64,000 bases of DNA from a bacterium (GTDB lineage: Bacteria > Hydrothermota > Hydrothermia > UBA1063). The notes beneath the pieces are model-generated. The model had not been told where the DNA came from. It did no database searches and saw only the letters and a list, made by a program, of their open reading frames with translations. Below, one piece after another: positions 52,388-63,927 of the stretch. The position numbers and the translations under genes were made by a program. Within the stretch, counting starts at the first letter, position 1. Every line of letters begins with the position of its first letter. The stretch lies in assembly GCA_030019025.1 (NCBI GenBank), contig JASEFR010000004.1, positions 12,782-76,781 on the forward strand, written 5' to 3'.

Positions 52388-53353
52388 TTAACGCACTCTT
52401 ACCCATTTATTTTTAAGTTCAGTAGGCAACTTAGAAATCAGCTTGTAGGTTTTGGCATCGTGAAAATAGCCAGATGCATAAGGAATTTCATCCTCGTAAC
52501 CAACAGCCTTAGATAATGCCAACATCACCGATTCTCTCACGTATTTTCCAACAATTCCAGCAAACATAATTGGTAAAAACTTTTTATCGCCATCCATTAT
52601 AAAATAAAGGAAATTTCCGCCTTCGATTTCGTAGGCGGAATAATCAAATCTCTCTTCTAAAACTTTGTATTGGTAGCCAAAAGTTTCAAAAAATCTTCCG
52701 TATTTTGAAGTTCCACCGATCTTTCCCATCAAAAAGTGGGAGGAATCAAACCTTTTCATGAGCTCGGTGAAAATTCGGAAATCAAGAAGTGCCTTATTGT
52801 CAAGGGAAGAAATGAGTTCGTTAAATTTATCAGCCATAAGGACTGAAAACTTCACTTCCTCTAAACCAATCCCACAATTTTTAAAATAGTTAATAAGCCT
52901 CTCGTTTACAAAGCCACCAAAAAGAGGTATTTCCAAATCAGAAAGCCCATAGGAATTTAAATTAACCTTTTGAATCCCAAATTTTTCAATTAATTCATTC
53001 AAACTCCTCACTTCTTCACCCAACATTTTAATAAAGGTCAAAACTACCGATTCACCCATTCGGTAACTGCCCTTGCTTCTTTTAAACAGGTCTTTACTAT
53101 CTTTTACAGGTATAGGAAAGCGGTATCCTTCTGCCTCTGAGGCAGAAAGTGGATCTGTACCTTTTATACTGATCTTGACACCAGTAACCACCAATGGACC
53201 TATAAGTGGTCCATACCCATTCTCATCAATACCTACAACTTTCCATTCCTTGGTATCAAAGATAAAACCATGCATATTTTGAATTATAAGGTTAATCCAA
53301 TATAATGAGTAAACATCAATGCTAATAGGTGTTACAGGTGCCTCGGGTTTCAT
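52388..53353 (-). CDS. RNase HII-family protein with a large internal insertion (start possibly at the Met at 53272)
   Basis: VVGIDENGYGPLIGPLVV aligns with the RNase HII [12 protein letters not shown] motif, VKDSKDL with DSKKL, YEIEGGN...MDGDKKFLPIMFAGIVGKYVRESVM with YVLIDGN...[24 protein letters not shown], and ...GY follows. About 110 aa are inserted between DSK and the (E/D)GG motif. Confidence 0.5.
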   Translation of the reverse strand: MKPEAPVTPISIDVYSLYWINLIIQNMHGFIFDTKEWKVVGIDENGYGPLIGPLVVTGVKISIKGTDPLSASEAEGYRFPIPVKDSKDLFKRSKGSYRMGESVVLTFIKMLGEEVRSLNELIEKFGIQKVNLNSYGLSDLEIPLFGGFVNERLINYFKNCGIGLEEVKFSVLMADKFNELISSLDNKALLDFRIFTELMKRFDSSHFLMGKIGGTSKYGRFFETFGYQYKVLEERFDYSAYEIEGGNFLYFIMDGDKKFLPIMFAGIVGKYVRESVMLALSKAVGYEDEIPYASGYFHDAKTYKLISKLPTELKNKWVRVR

Positions 53354-54296
53354 AGGACGGAATTTAGTTCCCGAGCTGTTAAAAAATGGTCATACCATTA
53401 AACTGCTCATGCGTTCCAAGAATCAAAAGATACTCTGGCCAGAGGCAGAGCTTTATTACGGTGACTTTAAAAATCCAGAATCCCTTATAGATTTCGTGAA
53501 AGACCTTGACACAATTATACATTGCGCAGGAGTAATAAAGGCATTGAAAAAGGAAGATTTCATTTCAGGAAATTACACTACTACCAAAAACCTCATTGAT
53601 GCGATCAACACTGCGAAACCTGAAAGCCTCAAAAGATTCATATTCCTTTCAAGCCAGAGCGCACAAGGCCCCTCAAAGGAACTAACTCCGAAAAAAGTGG
53701 AACATACACCTGAGCCCGTCAGCTGGTATGGTAAATCGAAGCTTATGGCTGAGAACTATATAATAAATTATCTGCAGTACCCCTACACTATCCTTAGACT
53801 TTCTTCCGTTTACGGTCCTTACGACAAAGAAACCCTTCGGTTTTTCCAGTATGTAAAGTGGGGTATTTTCCCCATGCCTAATGGTGAGAAGTACCTAAGC
53901 ATTATCTACGTTAAAGATGTTGTAAAACTCATAAAGATGTTAATAGGAAGCGAAAATACTGGTATTAACCGGGTATATTTTGTATCCAATCCAGAATATA
54001 CGACCTTGACCCAAATAGTAGAACACATAAAATCGCTGTACGGGAAAAAACGAGTACATAAAATTACTATACCCGAATGGATCTTTAGACCGATATTGAA
54101 ATTGAGCGAAACCTTTGCCAGAATTACCAATACCCCCACCATAGCCAACAGTGATAAAGCCAACGAACTGGCCCAAAAGTACTGGATCGGAGACCCTACT
54201 CCACTTTACATGGAAACGGGTTTCAAACCTGATTACACATTGATTGAAGGACTTTACGAAACCTTATTGTGGTATAAAGAAAACGGATGGATCTAA
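53319..54296 (+). CDS. NAD-dependent epimerase/dehydratase family protein (extended SDR)
   Basis: Rossmann motif GVTGASGFIG at the N-terminus, with a YxxxK active-site signature (YGKSK). Confidence 0.8.
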   Translation: MLIGVTGASGFIGRNLVPELLKNGHTIKLLMRSKNQKILWPEAELYYGDFKNPESLIDFVKDLDTIIHCAGVIKALKKEDFISGNYTTTKNLIDAINTAKPESLKRFIFLSSQSAQGPSKELTPKKVEHTPEPVSWYGKSKLMAENYIINYLQYPYTILRLSSVYGPYDKETLRFFQYVKWGIFPMPNGEKYLSIIYVKDVVKLIKMLIGSENTGINRVYFVSNPEYTTLTQIVEHIKSLYGKKRVHKITIPEWIFRPILKLSETFARITNTPTIANSDKANELAQKYWIGDPTPLYMETGFKPDYTLIEGLYETLLWYKENGWI

Positions 54297-54373
54297 AGTT
54301 CAACAAGCTGTAAGCTGAACTAAAAATCCCCCGAAAATCCTGAAATTCTAAACCTTCAACCTTAATATTATGG

Positions 54374-55375
54374 CTACTTTAATATTACTCTTCCTGAACC
54401 TTCAGTAATTTCACCGATTATATAAAAACTTTCACCCTTAATTTTTAAAAACTGAACCAAGCTTTCAAGTTCCTTTTTTGATACTATGAAAATAAAACCT
54501 ATACCCATATTAAATACTCGCCACATCTCTTCCTCAGGAACTTCTCCTTTCCTTTGCAAAAATCTGAAGACTTGTGGTATCACCCAAGAATTCCTATCAA
54601 TGACGGCATCACAAGTTGGAGGTATAACTCTTGATAGATTACCCGGAATACCCCCACCTGTTATGTGGGCAGCCCCTTTTATTTCAAACCTTTTGAATAT
54701 TTCCTCTGTTAATCCCACATATACTCTGGTTGGCTCAAGCAGAATATCTCGCAGGGTACTTTCACCCAGCATAAATTCGGCTTTAAGTTGTGCCTTTTGC
54801 ACAATTGCCCTTACAAGAGAATAACCATTACTGTGAATACCTGACGAGGGTAACCCTACGAGAATGTCGCCGGGTTTAACTTTATTGGGATTAGGGAGTC
54901 TCGACTTTTCCTGAACTCCAACAATAAATCCCGCAATATCAAATTTTCCCTTCTCAACAACATCCGGAAGTTCAGCCGTTTCTCCTCCAACCAGCGCACA
55001 ATTGTACTTCTCACAGGCTTCCACGAGGGATTTAAGAACCACCTTAGAAACATTGAGATCCAAATAACCCGTGGCATAGTAATCAAGAAAAAAAAGAGGT
55101 TTTGCACCATAGACCCCAATATCATTTGCGCACATGGCAAAGAGATCATAACCAAGTCCATCTAACTTTTTCCACTTAAGCGCCAGGTCTATCTTCGTTC
55201 CGATGCCGTCAGTAGAGGCAAGCAAAACAGGTTCCCTATACTCCCTCAAAATATTAAGGTCAATAATAGCAGCAAATGGACCGATATTTTCGGACTTTAA
55301 TTTAATTATACTTTTCAAAAACTCTACCAGTCTATCTCCTCTACCGATATCAACTCCTGAGTCTCTGTAAAACAT
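54374..55375 (-). CDS. purM: phosphoribosylformylglycinamidine cyclo-ligase (AIR synthetase)
   Basis: 333 aa with YRDSGVDI at the N-terminus and PurM-fold motifs (GLVGGETAE). Confidence 0.9.
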   Translation of the reverse strand: MFYRDSGVDIGRGDRLVEFLKSIIKLKSENIGPFAAIIDLNILREYREPVLLASTDGIGTKIDLALKWKKLDGLGYDLFAMCANDIGVYGAKPLFFLDYYATGYLDLNVSKVVLKSLVEACEKYNCALVGGETAELPDVVEKGKFDIAGFIVGVQEKSRLPNPNKVKPGDILVGLPSSGIHSNGYSLVRAIVQKAQLKAEFMLGESTLRDILLEPTRVYVGLTEEIFKRFEIKGAAHITGGGIPGNLSRVIPPTCDAVIDRNSWVIPQVFRFLQRKGEVPEEEMWRVFNMGIGFIFIVSKKELESLVQFLKIKGESFYIIGEITEGSGRVILK

Positions 55376-55384
55376 ACCCCACCC

Positions 55385-56617
55385 TCAACTATTTCTGTAT
55401 CTTGCTACAATTTCTTTAAGCTTATCAACAAAATAATCTGCCTCTTCTAAAGTATTGTAAAGGTAAAAGCTTGCCCTTGCAGTCCCAGAAATGCCAAAGT
55501 GTTCATGCAAAGGCTGAGCACAGTGGCAACCTGTTCTTATAGCAATTCCTTCCTCGTCAAGGGCAAGGCCAATCAAATCCGGCGGAATATCCTCAAAATA
55601 AAAGGATATGACCCCAATGCGATTTTCCGTAGGCCCGAGTATTTTTAACCCCTCAACTTCGTTTACAAGCCTGTCAATGGTATGTTTGGCTATTTCCTTT
55701 TCGTGCAAAAAAATAGCCTCCATTCCAATTTTTTCAAGGTAATCTATTGCAACGCCAAAGGCATAACCATCAGCAAAATTTGAAGTACCCGCCTCAAACC
55801 TCCATGGCAACTTGTTCCACTCGGGTTTTTCAACAGTAACGGTAGATATCATATCTCCACCTCTCAAAAAAGGTTCCATCTTTTCAAGTAATTCTTTCCT
55901 TGCGTAAAGCACACCAATTCCGGTAGGGCCAAGCATTTTGTGGGAAGAAAAGGCAAGGAAATCAACATCCATTTTTTGTACATCCACTGGCATGTGAGGG
56001 ACGCTTTGAGCCCCGTCCACGAGACATAATGCTCCCCTCGAATGAGCCATTCTTACAATTTCCTCAATTGGATTTACCACTCCCAGTACATTAGAAACAT
56101 GGGTGACAGCAACCAGCTTAGTTTTATCGGTTATCAATGAGTTTAAATGATCTAAATCGAGACAACCCTTTGAGTCAAGCTTCGCAAATTTTAATTCAAT
56201 TCCGAAATGGTCCCTCAGCATCTGCCAAGGAACCATATTGGAGTGGTGCTCCATAACTGTGGTGACTACCTCATCACCGGGCCTCAAGTTAAAAGAGAGC
56301 GAATATGCAACAAGGTTGATAGCCTCGGTAGTGTTCCGAGTGAAAATAATCTCTTCAAAATACCTTGCATTTATAAATTTTCTCGCTTTTTCGTGGGCCT
56401 CTTCGTAGAGTTCAGTAGATTCTCTTGATAGTGTATGGATAGCACGGTGGATATTAGCATTATGAAGAATATAAAATTCTTCAAGAGCTTTTATAACCTG
56501 TATTGGCCTTTGTGAAGTAGCGGCATTATCTAAATATACAAGGTGTTTATCCCCAATTTTTCGCTGCAAAATTGGAAAGTCCTTCCTTATATCATACGCA
56601 TTAAGTGCCGGTTTCAT
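55385..56617 (-). CDS. sufS: cysteine desulfurase, SufS/CsdA group (class V aminotransferase)
   Basis: 410 aa with the PLP-Lys region SSHKMLGPTGIGVLY and the catalytic-Cys loop RTGCHCAQP. Confidence 0.85.
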   Translation of the reverse strand: MKPALNAYDIRKDFPILQRKIGDKHLVYLDNAATSQRPIQVIKALEEFYILHNANIHRAIHTLSRESTELYEEAHEKARKFINARYFEEIIFTRNTTEAINLVAYSLSFNLRPGDEVVTTVMEHHSNMVPWQMLRDHFGIELKFAKLDSKGCLDLDHLNSLITDKTKLVAVTHVSNVLGVVNPIEEIVRMAHSRGALCLVDGAQSVPHMPVDVQKMDVDFLAFSSHKMLGPTGIGVLYARKELLEKMEPFLRGGDMISTVTVEKPEWNKLPWRFEAGTSNFADGYAFGVAIDYLEKIGMEAIFLHEKEIAKHTIDRLVNEVEGLKILGPTENRIGVISFYFEDIPPDLIGLALDEEGIAIRTGCHCAQPLHEHFGISGTARASFYLYNTLEEADYFVDKLKEIVARYRNS

Positions 56618-56723
56618 TGCTCAATTATAAAATTGAATTTCTGGATTTAAAAACCAATTTGTAATTACGGAACAGATTGCAAAAAGTTTGAAGATACTTA
56701 GAAATCCCATTAAACTTTACACA

Positions 56724-57470
56724 ATGAATGACCCTTTTGGTCTGATTGCTGAATATTACGACGAAGTGATGGAAAAGGTGGATTACGAAGAATGGGCCCG
56801 CTATGTGAAGACTCTTCTTTCTATGGCTCCCCTCAAGCCTATAAAGAGGATTCTTGACCTTGCATCAGGTACTGGAAACCTTTCCATTAGGCTTAAAGAT
56901 TACGGATATGAAATTTTTGGCCTTGATTATTCTCTTGGAATGCTGAAAGTAGCCAAGAAAAAATTATCTAACCAACTCTTAACAATACATCTTGTTTCAG
57001 CCGACTTTCGCCATATCCCTTTCAAGCCAAGCTCGTTTGACGCCGTCATCTCAACCTTTGACAGTCTCAACAACATTCTGAAGCCAGCAGAAATGGTTGA
57101 AACTTTTAAACAGATTAGGAGAGTACTGCGAAACGGGGGGCCCTTCATTTTCGATCTCAATACCAGTTGGTCTTTCAAAACCGAGTGGTACAACTTGACC
57201 CGAGTTGAAGAAACGGCCAATACAATTTCCATCTGGAAATCACGGTACGTAAACGGAATTGTATACCTTCACTTTACCCTTTTTGTAAGGATAGACAAAA
57301 GAAATCACTACAAAAAAATTTATACGGTATTTCGGGAAAGAGGATATAGCCCGGATGAGGTAAAAAAATACTTGAAACAAGCGGGTTTTTCAAAAGTTCA
57401 TTGCTATGACCATTTTACTCTGTCACCGGGTAGGAGAACAAGCTCAAGGGTAACCTACCTGGCTTACTAA
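56724..57470 (+). CDS. class I SAM-dependent methyltransferase
   Basis: Motif I ILDLASGTGNLS. The start is placed at the internal Met (MNDPFGLIAEYYDEVM), whereas the ORF track starts 36 nt earlier. Confidence 0.7.
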   Translation: MNDPFGLIAEYYDEVMEKVDYEEWARYVKTLLSMAPLKPIKRILDLASGTGNLSIRLKDYGYEIFGLDYSLGMLKVAKKKLSNQLLTIHLVSADFRHIPFKPSSFDAVISTFDSLNNILKPAEMVETFKQIRRVLRNGGPFIFDLNTSWSFKTEWYNLTRVEETANTISIWKSRYVNGIVYLHFTLFVRIDKRNHYKKIYTVFRERGYSPDEVKKYLKQAGFSKVHCYDHFTLSPGRRTSSRVTYLAY

Positions 57471-57485
57471 AAAGGAAGGTAAATA

Positions 57486-59576
57486 ATGAAAAATTACAGA
57501 ATAACTTCACATCCAATCTTAAAAGTAACTCCCGCAAAAACTATTACGTTCAAATTTAATGGAAGACCTCTTGAAGCGAGGGAAGGAGAAACCATCGCTT
57601 CAGCACTCTACGCTAATGGGATCCGAATCTTTGGAAAACATCAAAAGGACGGAGCCCCACTGGGAATCTTTTGCGCCAATGGGCAATGCGACCAGTGCAA
57701 AGTCATCGCCGATGGGATCACAGTTAAAGCCTGCATGACTTTAGTAAAAGAGGGGATGGAAGTCTATCCGTTAGAAAGATTACCGAAGTTACCCGACTGG
57801 GACTTTAACGCCGAAGTGGAGTTTGAAGATATTCCAGAATATGAATATGACGTTCTGATCATTGGAGGAGGCCCCGCAGGACTAAGAGCAGCCACAGTTC
57901 TCGGAGAGAGAAACGTAAAGACCCTCATTGTGGATGATAAAAATCAACTCGGCGGAAAGTTGGTTCTGCAGACCCACAAGTTTTTCGGTTCGGTAGAGGC
58001 ATGCTATGCAGGTATGAGAGGAATTGACATCGCTAAAAAATTGGAAGAAGAGGTAAGGAACTTTCCCTCAATCGAAATCTGGTTGAACTCCATTGCAATA
58101 TGGGTATTTTCCGACAAAAAAGTGGGAATCCTTAAAGATCAAAAGGAATACGTCCTGGTTAAGCCCAAAATTTTACTTGTCGCCTCGGGTGCCAGAGAAA
58201 AATCTATATTGTTCCCTGGAAATACTCTCCCCGGGGTCTACGGCGCGGGCGCTTTTCAAACACTGGTAAACAGAGACCTCGTTAAGGCGGCTGAAAACCT
58301 ATTCGTCGTTGGAGGAGGCAATGTAGGCTTAATTGCTGCCTACCATGCCCTCCAAGCTGGAATTAACGTGGTGGGCCTGTGCGAGATCATGCCAGAGGTT
58401 GGTGGATACAGCGTTCATAAAGAAAAACTACTAAAACTGGGAGTACCTGTCTTTACTTCTCATACGGTCGTGAAAGTCCATGGTACCGAAAAAGTAGAAG
58501 CAATTACAATAGCTAAGGTAAACGAAAAATTTGAAATCATTCCTGGAACCGAGAAAACCTTTGATTGCGATACCGTCCTTGTTGCCGTTGGGTTAGACCC
58601 CGTCAATGAATTTTATGAAAAAGCTATTAGATTTGGTCTTAAAGCCTACTCAGCTGGTGATGCGGAAGAAATTGCCGAAGCGTCATCGGCAATTTTCTCT
58701 GGCAAAATTAAGGGGTATGAAATACTGAGAGAGCTTGGTTTATACGAAGGGGAAATTCCAAAGGAATTATACGAAACGCAAAAGGTTCTTAAATCAAAAC
58801 CAGGAAAAATTTATGAAATGAAATACCCTGAAATCAAAGAAGGAGTGTACCCTATTTTAAACTGTGTTCAGGAAATCCCTTGCAATCCTTGTAGCACAAT
58901 ATGCCCCAAAAATAGTATAGTCATCGAAGAGAATATCTTAAATCCACCCATTTACAAGGGTGGGTGCATTGGATGTGAAATGTGTGTAGCAATATGTCCC
59001 GGCCTCGCCATCTCTCTTGTGGACTTCAGAAAGGGCGAAGACCCCATCGTAACATTACCTTTTGAATTTGGTGACGATAAAATAAAAGTGGGAGACATCG
59101 TGGAACTAACCGACAGATTAGGTAACGTCCTTGGAAAGGGGGAGGTTATCAGTTTTCGATTTGTTGAAAAGGTACGAACAATTCCCGTGAAAACAAAATT
59201 GGTAAAAGTAAAAGTGCCGAGAGAAATTGCCGAGAAAGTAAGTGGAATCAGAATATTGGAACCTGCTTCTTATGCACAAGAAAGGATGGAAGCCATCCCC
59301 GATGATGCTATTGTTTGCAGATGCGAAAGGGTCACTGCTGGTGAAATAAGGAAGCTAATCAGAGAAGGGGTCAGGGATATGAATGAAATTAAAGCTTTAA
59401 CAAGAGCCGGCATGGGCGCCTGCCAGGGAAAAACTTGTACAAATTTAATAAAACGGCTCTTTAAAGAAGAAGGAATAAAAGAAGGCGAATTTACAGAGTG
59501 GGAAAAAAGGCCTTTGTTCATGGAAGTTACCCTTGGGACATTGGCGGGTTTAAAGGAGAAGAAAAATGAACAATAA
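57486..59576 (+). CDS. FAD/NAD(P)-binding oxidoreductase alpha subunit with 2Fe-2S, 4Fe-4S and BFD-like domains (sarcosine oxidase / L-proline dehydrogenase / opine oxidase alpha-like)
   Basis: N-terminal 2Fe-2S-like domain (FKFNGRPLEAREGETIASAL...CANGQCDQC). Rossmann GGGPAGLRAA and a second GGGNVGLIAA. 2x CxxCxxCxxxCP ferredoxin motifs. BFD-like CRCERVTAGEIR...GACQGKTC. Confidence 0.7.
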   Translation: MKNYRITSHPILKVTPAKTITFKFNGRPLEAREGETIASALYANGIRIFGKHQKDGAPLGIFCANGQCDQCKVIADGITVKACMTLVKEGMEVYPLERLPKLPDWDFNAEVEFEDIPEYEYDVLIIGGGPAGLRAATVLGERNVKTLIVDDKNQLGGKLVLQTHKFFGSVEACYAGMRGIDIAKKLEEEVRNFPSIEIWLNSIAIWVFSDKKVGILKDQKEYVLVKPKILLVASGAREKSILFPGNTLPGVYGAGAFQTLVNRDLVKAAENLFVVGGGNVGLIAAYHALQAGINVVGLCEIMPEVGGYSVHKEKLLKLGVPVFTSHTVVKVHGTEKVEAITIAKVNEKFEIIPGTEKTFDCDTVLVAVGLDPVNEFYEKAIRFGLKAYSAGDAEEIAEASSAIFSGKIKGYEILRELGLYEGEIPKELYETQKVLKSKPGKIYEMKYPEIKEGVYPILNCVQEIPCNPCSTICPKNSIVIEENILNPPIYKGGCIGCEMCVAICPGLAISLVDFRKGEDPIVTLPFEFGDDKIKVGDIVELTDRLGNVLGKGEVISFRFVEKVRTIPVKTKLVKVKVPREIAEKVSGIRILEPASYAQERMEAIPDDAIVCRCERVTAGEIRKLIREGVRDMNEIKALTRAGMGACQGKTCTNLIKRLFKEEGIKEGEFTEWEKRPLFMEVTLGTLAGLKEKKNEQ

Positions 59577-60717
59577 ATTTGATGTAATTATTATCGGTGC
59601 AGGAAGTGTTGGGGTCCCACTCTCCTATTTTCTGGCAAGGAAAGGATTTAAAACCTTAGTGGTTGACGAAAAGGCAGCCCCTGGACAGGGTTCCAATAAG
59701 GCCGCTATAGGTGGCATTAGAGCAACTCACTCTTCACCTGGCAAGATCTTGGTGGGACTTAAAAGCCTCGAAATATTCAGAAATTGGGAGAAGGAAACTG
59801 GTGACGATATTGAATATTATGAAGGGGGCTACGCCTTCGTAACTTATAGAGAAGAAGATAGGAACTCGCTGAAAGAACTTGTCAAATATCAGAGACAATT
59901 CGGTCTCGAAATAGATTTTTACGAAAAGGAAGAAATCCTTAAAATCATTCCCGGTATAAATTCTGAAGGTTTACTGGGCGGAACCTATTCTCCGCGGGAT
60001 GGGAGTGCTTCTCCTCTTCTCTCAATAGAAAGTTTTTACAAACATGCAAAAAAACATGGTGCAATCTTCAAATTTCGTGAAAAAGTAATTTCTTTTGAAT
60101 CTGAAAAGGAGAAAATAACCGCTGTAAAAACCTTTAGTGGAAGCTACAGGGCTGACATCGTTATAAACTGCGCAGGAGGGAATGCGTCAGATATTGGAAA
60201 ACTTGCAGGGGTAGAATTACCGGTAACTCCTGACTCCCACGAGGGAGGTGTTACAGAACCGGTTGAAAGATTTGTAAACCCAATGATTGTGGATATTAAA
60301 CCAGAAAAAGGAAGCAAAAATTTTTACTTTTATCAGCACAAAACTGGACAAATCATTTTTTGCTTAACCCCTGACCCACCTATTTGGGGAACGGATCTCA
60401 GAGAGACATCAACCTTTCTCCCAATGGTAGCAAAGCGGATGATAAAAGTTATGCCCAAATTAAAGTATATAAGAGTTAGGAGAACTTGGAGAGGCGTTTA
60501 TCCAATGACTCCAGACGGAAACCCAATTGTTGGTTTTAAAGGTTACAAAAACTTTCTGCATCTCGTGGGAATGTGTGGTCAAGGGTTTATGCTCGGGCCC
60601 GGACTGGGATACTACATCAGCGAATACCTGGGAGGAAAAACAAGCGAAGAAATAAAAACAATTTTACAAGAGTTTTCCCCGGACAGGGACTTCGGTGCAC
60701 AAGAATTACTTAAATAA
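59566..60717 (+). CDS. FAD-dependent oxidoreductase beta subunit (DAO family; sarcosine oxidase beta / proline dehydrogenase beta-like)
   Basis: IIIGAGSVGVPLSYFLARKG dinucleotide-binding motif. An 11-nt overlap with the alpha gene indicates coupling. Confidence 0.75.
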   Translation: MNNKFDVIIIGAGSVGVPLSYFLARKGFKTLVVDEKAAPGQGSNKAAIGGIRATHSSPGKILVGLKSLEIFRNWEKETGDDIEYYEGGYAFVTYREEDRNSLKELVKYQRQFGLEIDFYEKEEILKIIPGINSEGLLGGTYSPRDGSASPLLSIESFYKHAKKHGAIFKFREKVISFESEKEKITAVKTFSGSYRADIVINCAGGNASDIGKLAGVELPVTPDSHEGGVTEPVERFVNPMIVDIKPEKGSKNFYFYQHKTGQIIFCLTPDPPIWGTDLRETSTFLPMVAKRMIKVMPKLKYIRVRRTWRGVYPMTPDGNPIVGFKGYKNFLHLVGMCGQGFMLGPGLGYYISEYLGGKTSEEIKTILQEFSPDRDFGAQELLK

Positions 60718-60804
60718 ATTTGGACTAAACTAATAAAAAACAAATTTTTTCTTGATTAAGCGCCATTCTCTTTTTATACTTATCAACAAAGGGAGGTATT
60801 TTTT

Positions 60805-62625
60805 ATGTTCATGCAGAAACTTAGGTCTTCTACAAAAACAATCCTCTGGATAGTTGTAATTGCTTTTGTCGCATGGCTATTTTTTGAGCTTGGCGCATCC
60901 CTAACTGGGTTCAGGGGGAGGCAAAAACCGTGGCATAAAGGGATAATGGCTGAAATTGATGGAATAAAAATCAATTACACCGATTTTGAAAGAATGGTGT
61001 CCTTTGCTGTCCAAGAAACTTTAAGGGCAAGACCAAATAGAAATTTAACACCCGATGAATTAAAAAACATAAGAGATTTCAGTTTTTACGATGTCGTTAG
61101 GAGAATTAAACTATCCAGATTCGACGAAAAATACAGAAAAATGATATTTTCTAACGATGTTTACACGCAAATTCTTGTTATGAACCCACCAGCAGAAATT
61201 CTCAGCGACTCCAACTTTTATACCGACGGTAAATTTGATCAGAACAAGTATGTTGAGGTGTTAAAGGATCCGAGGAATAGAGATTACGTGGTAAATCAGC
61301 TCATGAAAATCAGGATCGACCTGTTGCAGGAGTTGACAAATCAGGATGTAGCGCTATCCTTTAACATTTCGCAAGCGGAGAAAGAAGCTATTTACCGGCT
61401 TGAGAATACAAGGTTTAAAATCAAATATCTCGGCGTAAGAGCGTATCAGATACCAGACTCGTTAATACCAGTAGAACTGAAGGACCTTCAAGAGTATTAT
61501 GAAAAGAACAAAGAAAAATTCAAAAGACCGCCAAGGGCTGCGATGAAACTCGTTGTCTTTAGCGTGGCCCCTACTTCAGAAGACACAGCCATAGCCTTGG
61601 ACCGAATCAACACCGCCCTCGAACTTTACAAGCAGGGTGAAACCTTTGAAAATCTCATTCGAGATTTCTCCGACGATCATGGCGACTTTGGATGGATAAG
61701 AAAGAATGACACCAAACTTGACACCATTTATCAGTCCCTTTCTCCTCTAAAGGTCAACGATGTCGCTGGGCCTTTCAAATTTAGAGAAGGTTTTTATCTT
61801 TTCAAAATAGTGGAAAAAGCGAAAGACAGCATAAGGGTAAAGGATATTTACGTTGCAATTCGGCCTTCAGAAAATACTTACCAGGAAGCATATAGAAAAG
61901 CTGAGGAATTCAGAGAGTTGGCAAAAAAGAAAGGATTTGATAAGGCTGCAAAAGAGCTAAATTTAGAAGTATTTGACACCCAAGAATTCAATATTGAAGG
62001 ATACTTTATACCATACGTTGGCTTTAGAAACGAGGCGGTCAAAAGATTTGTAAAAGAATCAAGAAAGAAAAGTATATCGGATGTGATCAAAGATGAAAAC
62101 ACTTACAAAGTTTTCTACCTTTACAAAAAAGACAAAGGTGTAATCCCTGATTTTGAGGACAACGAAGTCAGGGCCAGAATTAAGGGGATGTACATTTCGG
62201 ATAAAAAGATGGAACTCATATCCGCAGAGCTTCAAAAAGCTATGAACCTGATAAAAAGTGGTGTAGAATTAGATTCTATTCCTGGAAAACTTTCGATTCC
62301 TTGTGTTGTCGAATCAACCTCTTATTTCACTGCCAAAACCATACCATCTCCTTTCATTGGAAGAGACATCAGATTTAGCGGTTTTATTTACTCATTAAAA
62401 AATGCTGGTGAATTCTATGGCCCGTTTATCTCAAAACCTTATGGGGGCTACATTGTAAAGCTACTGGAGCGGGTTGAACCGACAGACGAAGAAATTAAAA
62501 ATAACTCAAAATTCTCTGTAGGATCTTACTCAAGGATATGGGATCTCACTTTCCGTGAATACCAGCAAAAGCTTGTTGACCTTCAAGATATAAAAGATTA
62601 TAGAAGCTATTTTTATTTATATTAA
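60805..62625 (+). CDS. ppiD: periplasmic chaperone / peptidyl-prolyl isomerase, PpiD/SurA-like
   Basis: 606 aa with an N-terminal membrane anchor (ILWIVVIAFVAWLFF) and a parvulin-like rotamase segment in the middle. RBS GGGAGG. Confidence 0.65.
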   Translation: MFMQKLRSSTKTILWIVVIAFVAWLFFELGASLTGFRGRQKPWHKGIMAEIDGIKINYTDFERMVSFAVQETLRARPNRNLTPDELKNIRDFSFYDVVRRIKLSRFDEKYRKMIFSNDVYTQILVMNPPAEILSDSNFYTDGKFDQNKYVEVLKDPRNRDYVVNQLMKIRIDLLQELTNQDVALSFNISQAEKEAIYRLENTRFKIKYLGVRAYQIPDSLIPVELKDLQEYYEKNKEKFKRPPRAAMKLVVFSVAPTSEDTAIALDRINTALELYKQGETFENLIRDFSDDHGDFGWIRKNDTKLDTIYQSLSPLKVNDVAGPFKFREGFYLFKIVEKAKDSIRVKDIYVAIRPSENTYQEAYRKAEEFRELAKKKGFDKAAKELNLEVFDTQEFNIEGYFIPYVGFRNEAVKRFVKESRKKSISDVIKDENTYKVFYLYKKDKGVIPDFEDNEVRARIKGMYISDKKMELISAELQKAMNLIKSGVELDSIPGKLSIPCVVESTSYFTAKTIPSPFIGRDIRFSGFIYSLKNAGEFYGPFISKPYGGYIVKLLERVEPTDEEIKNNSKFSVGSYSRIWDLTFREYQQKLVDLQDIKDYRSYFYLY

Positions 62626-63927
<1,302 letters not shown>

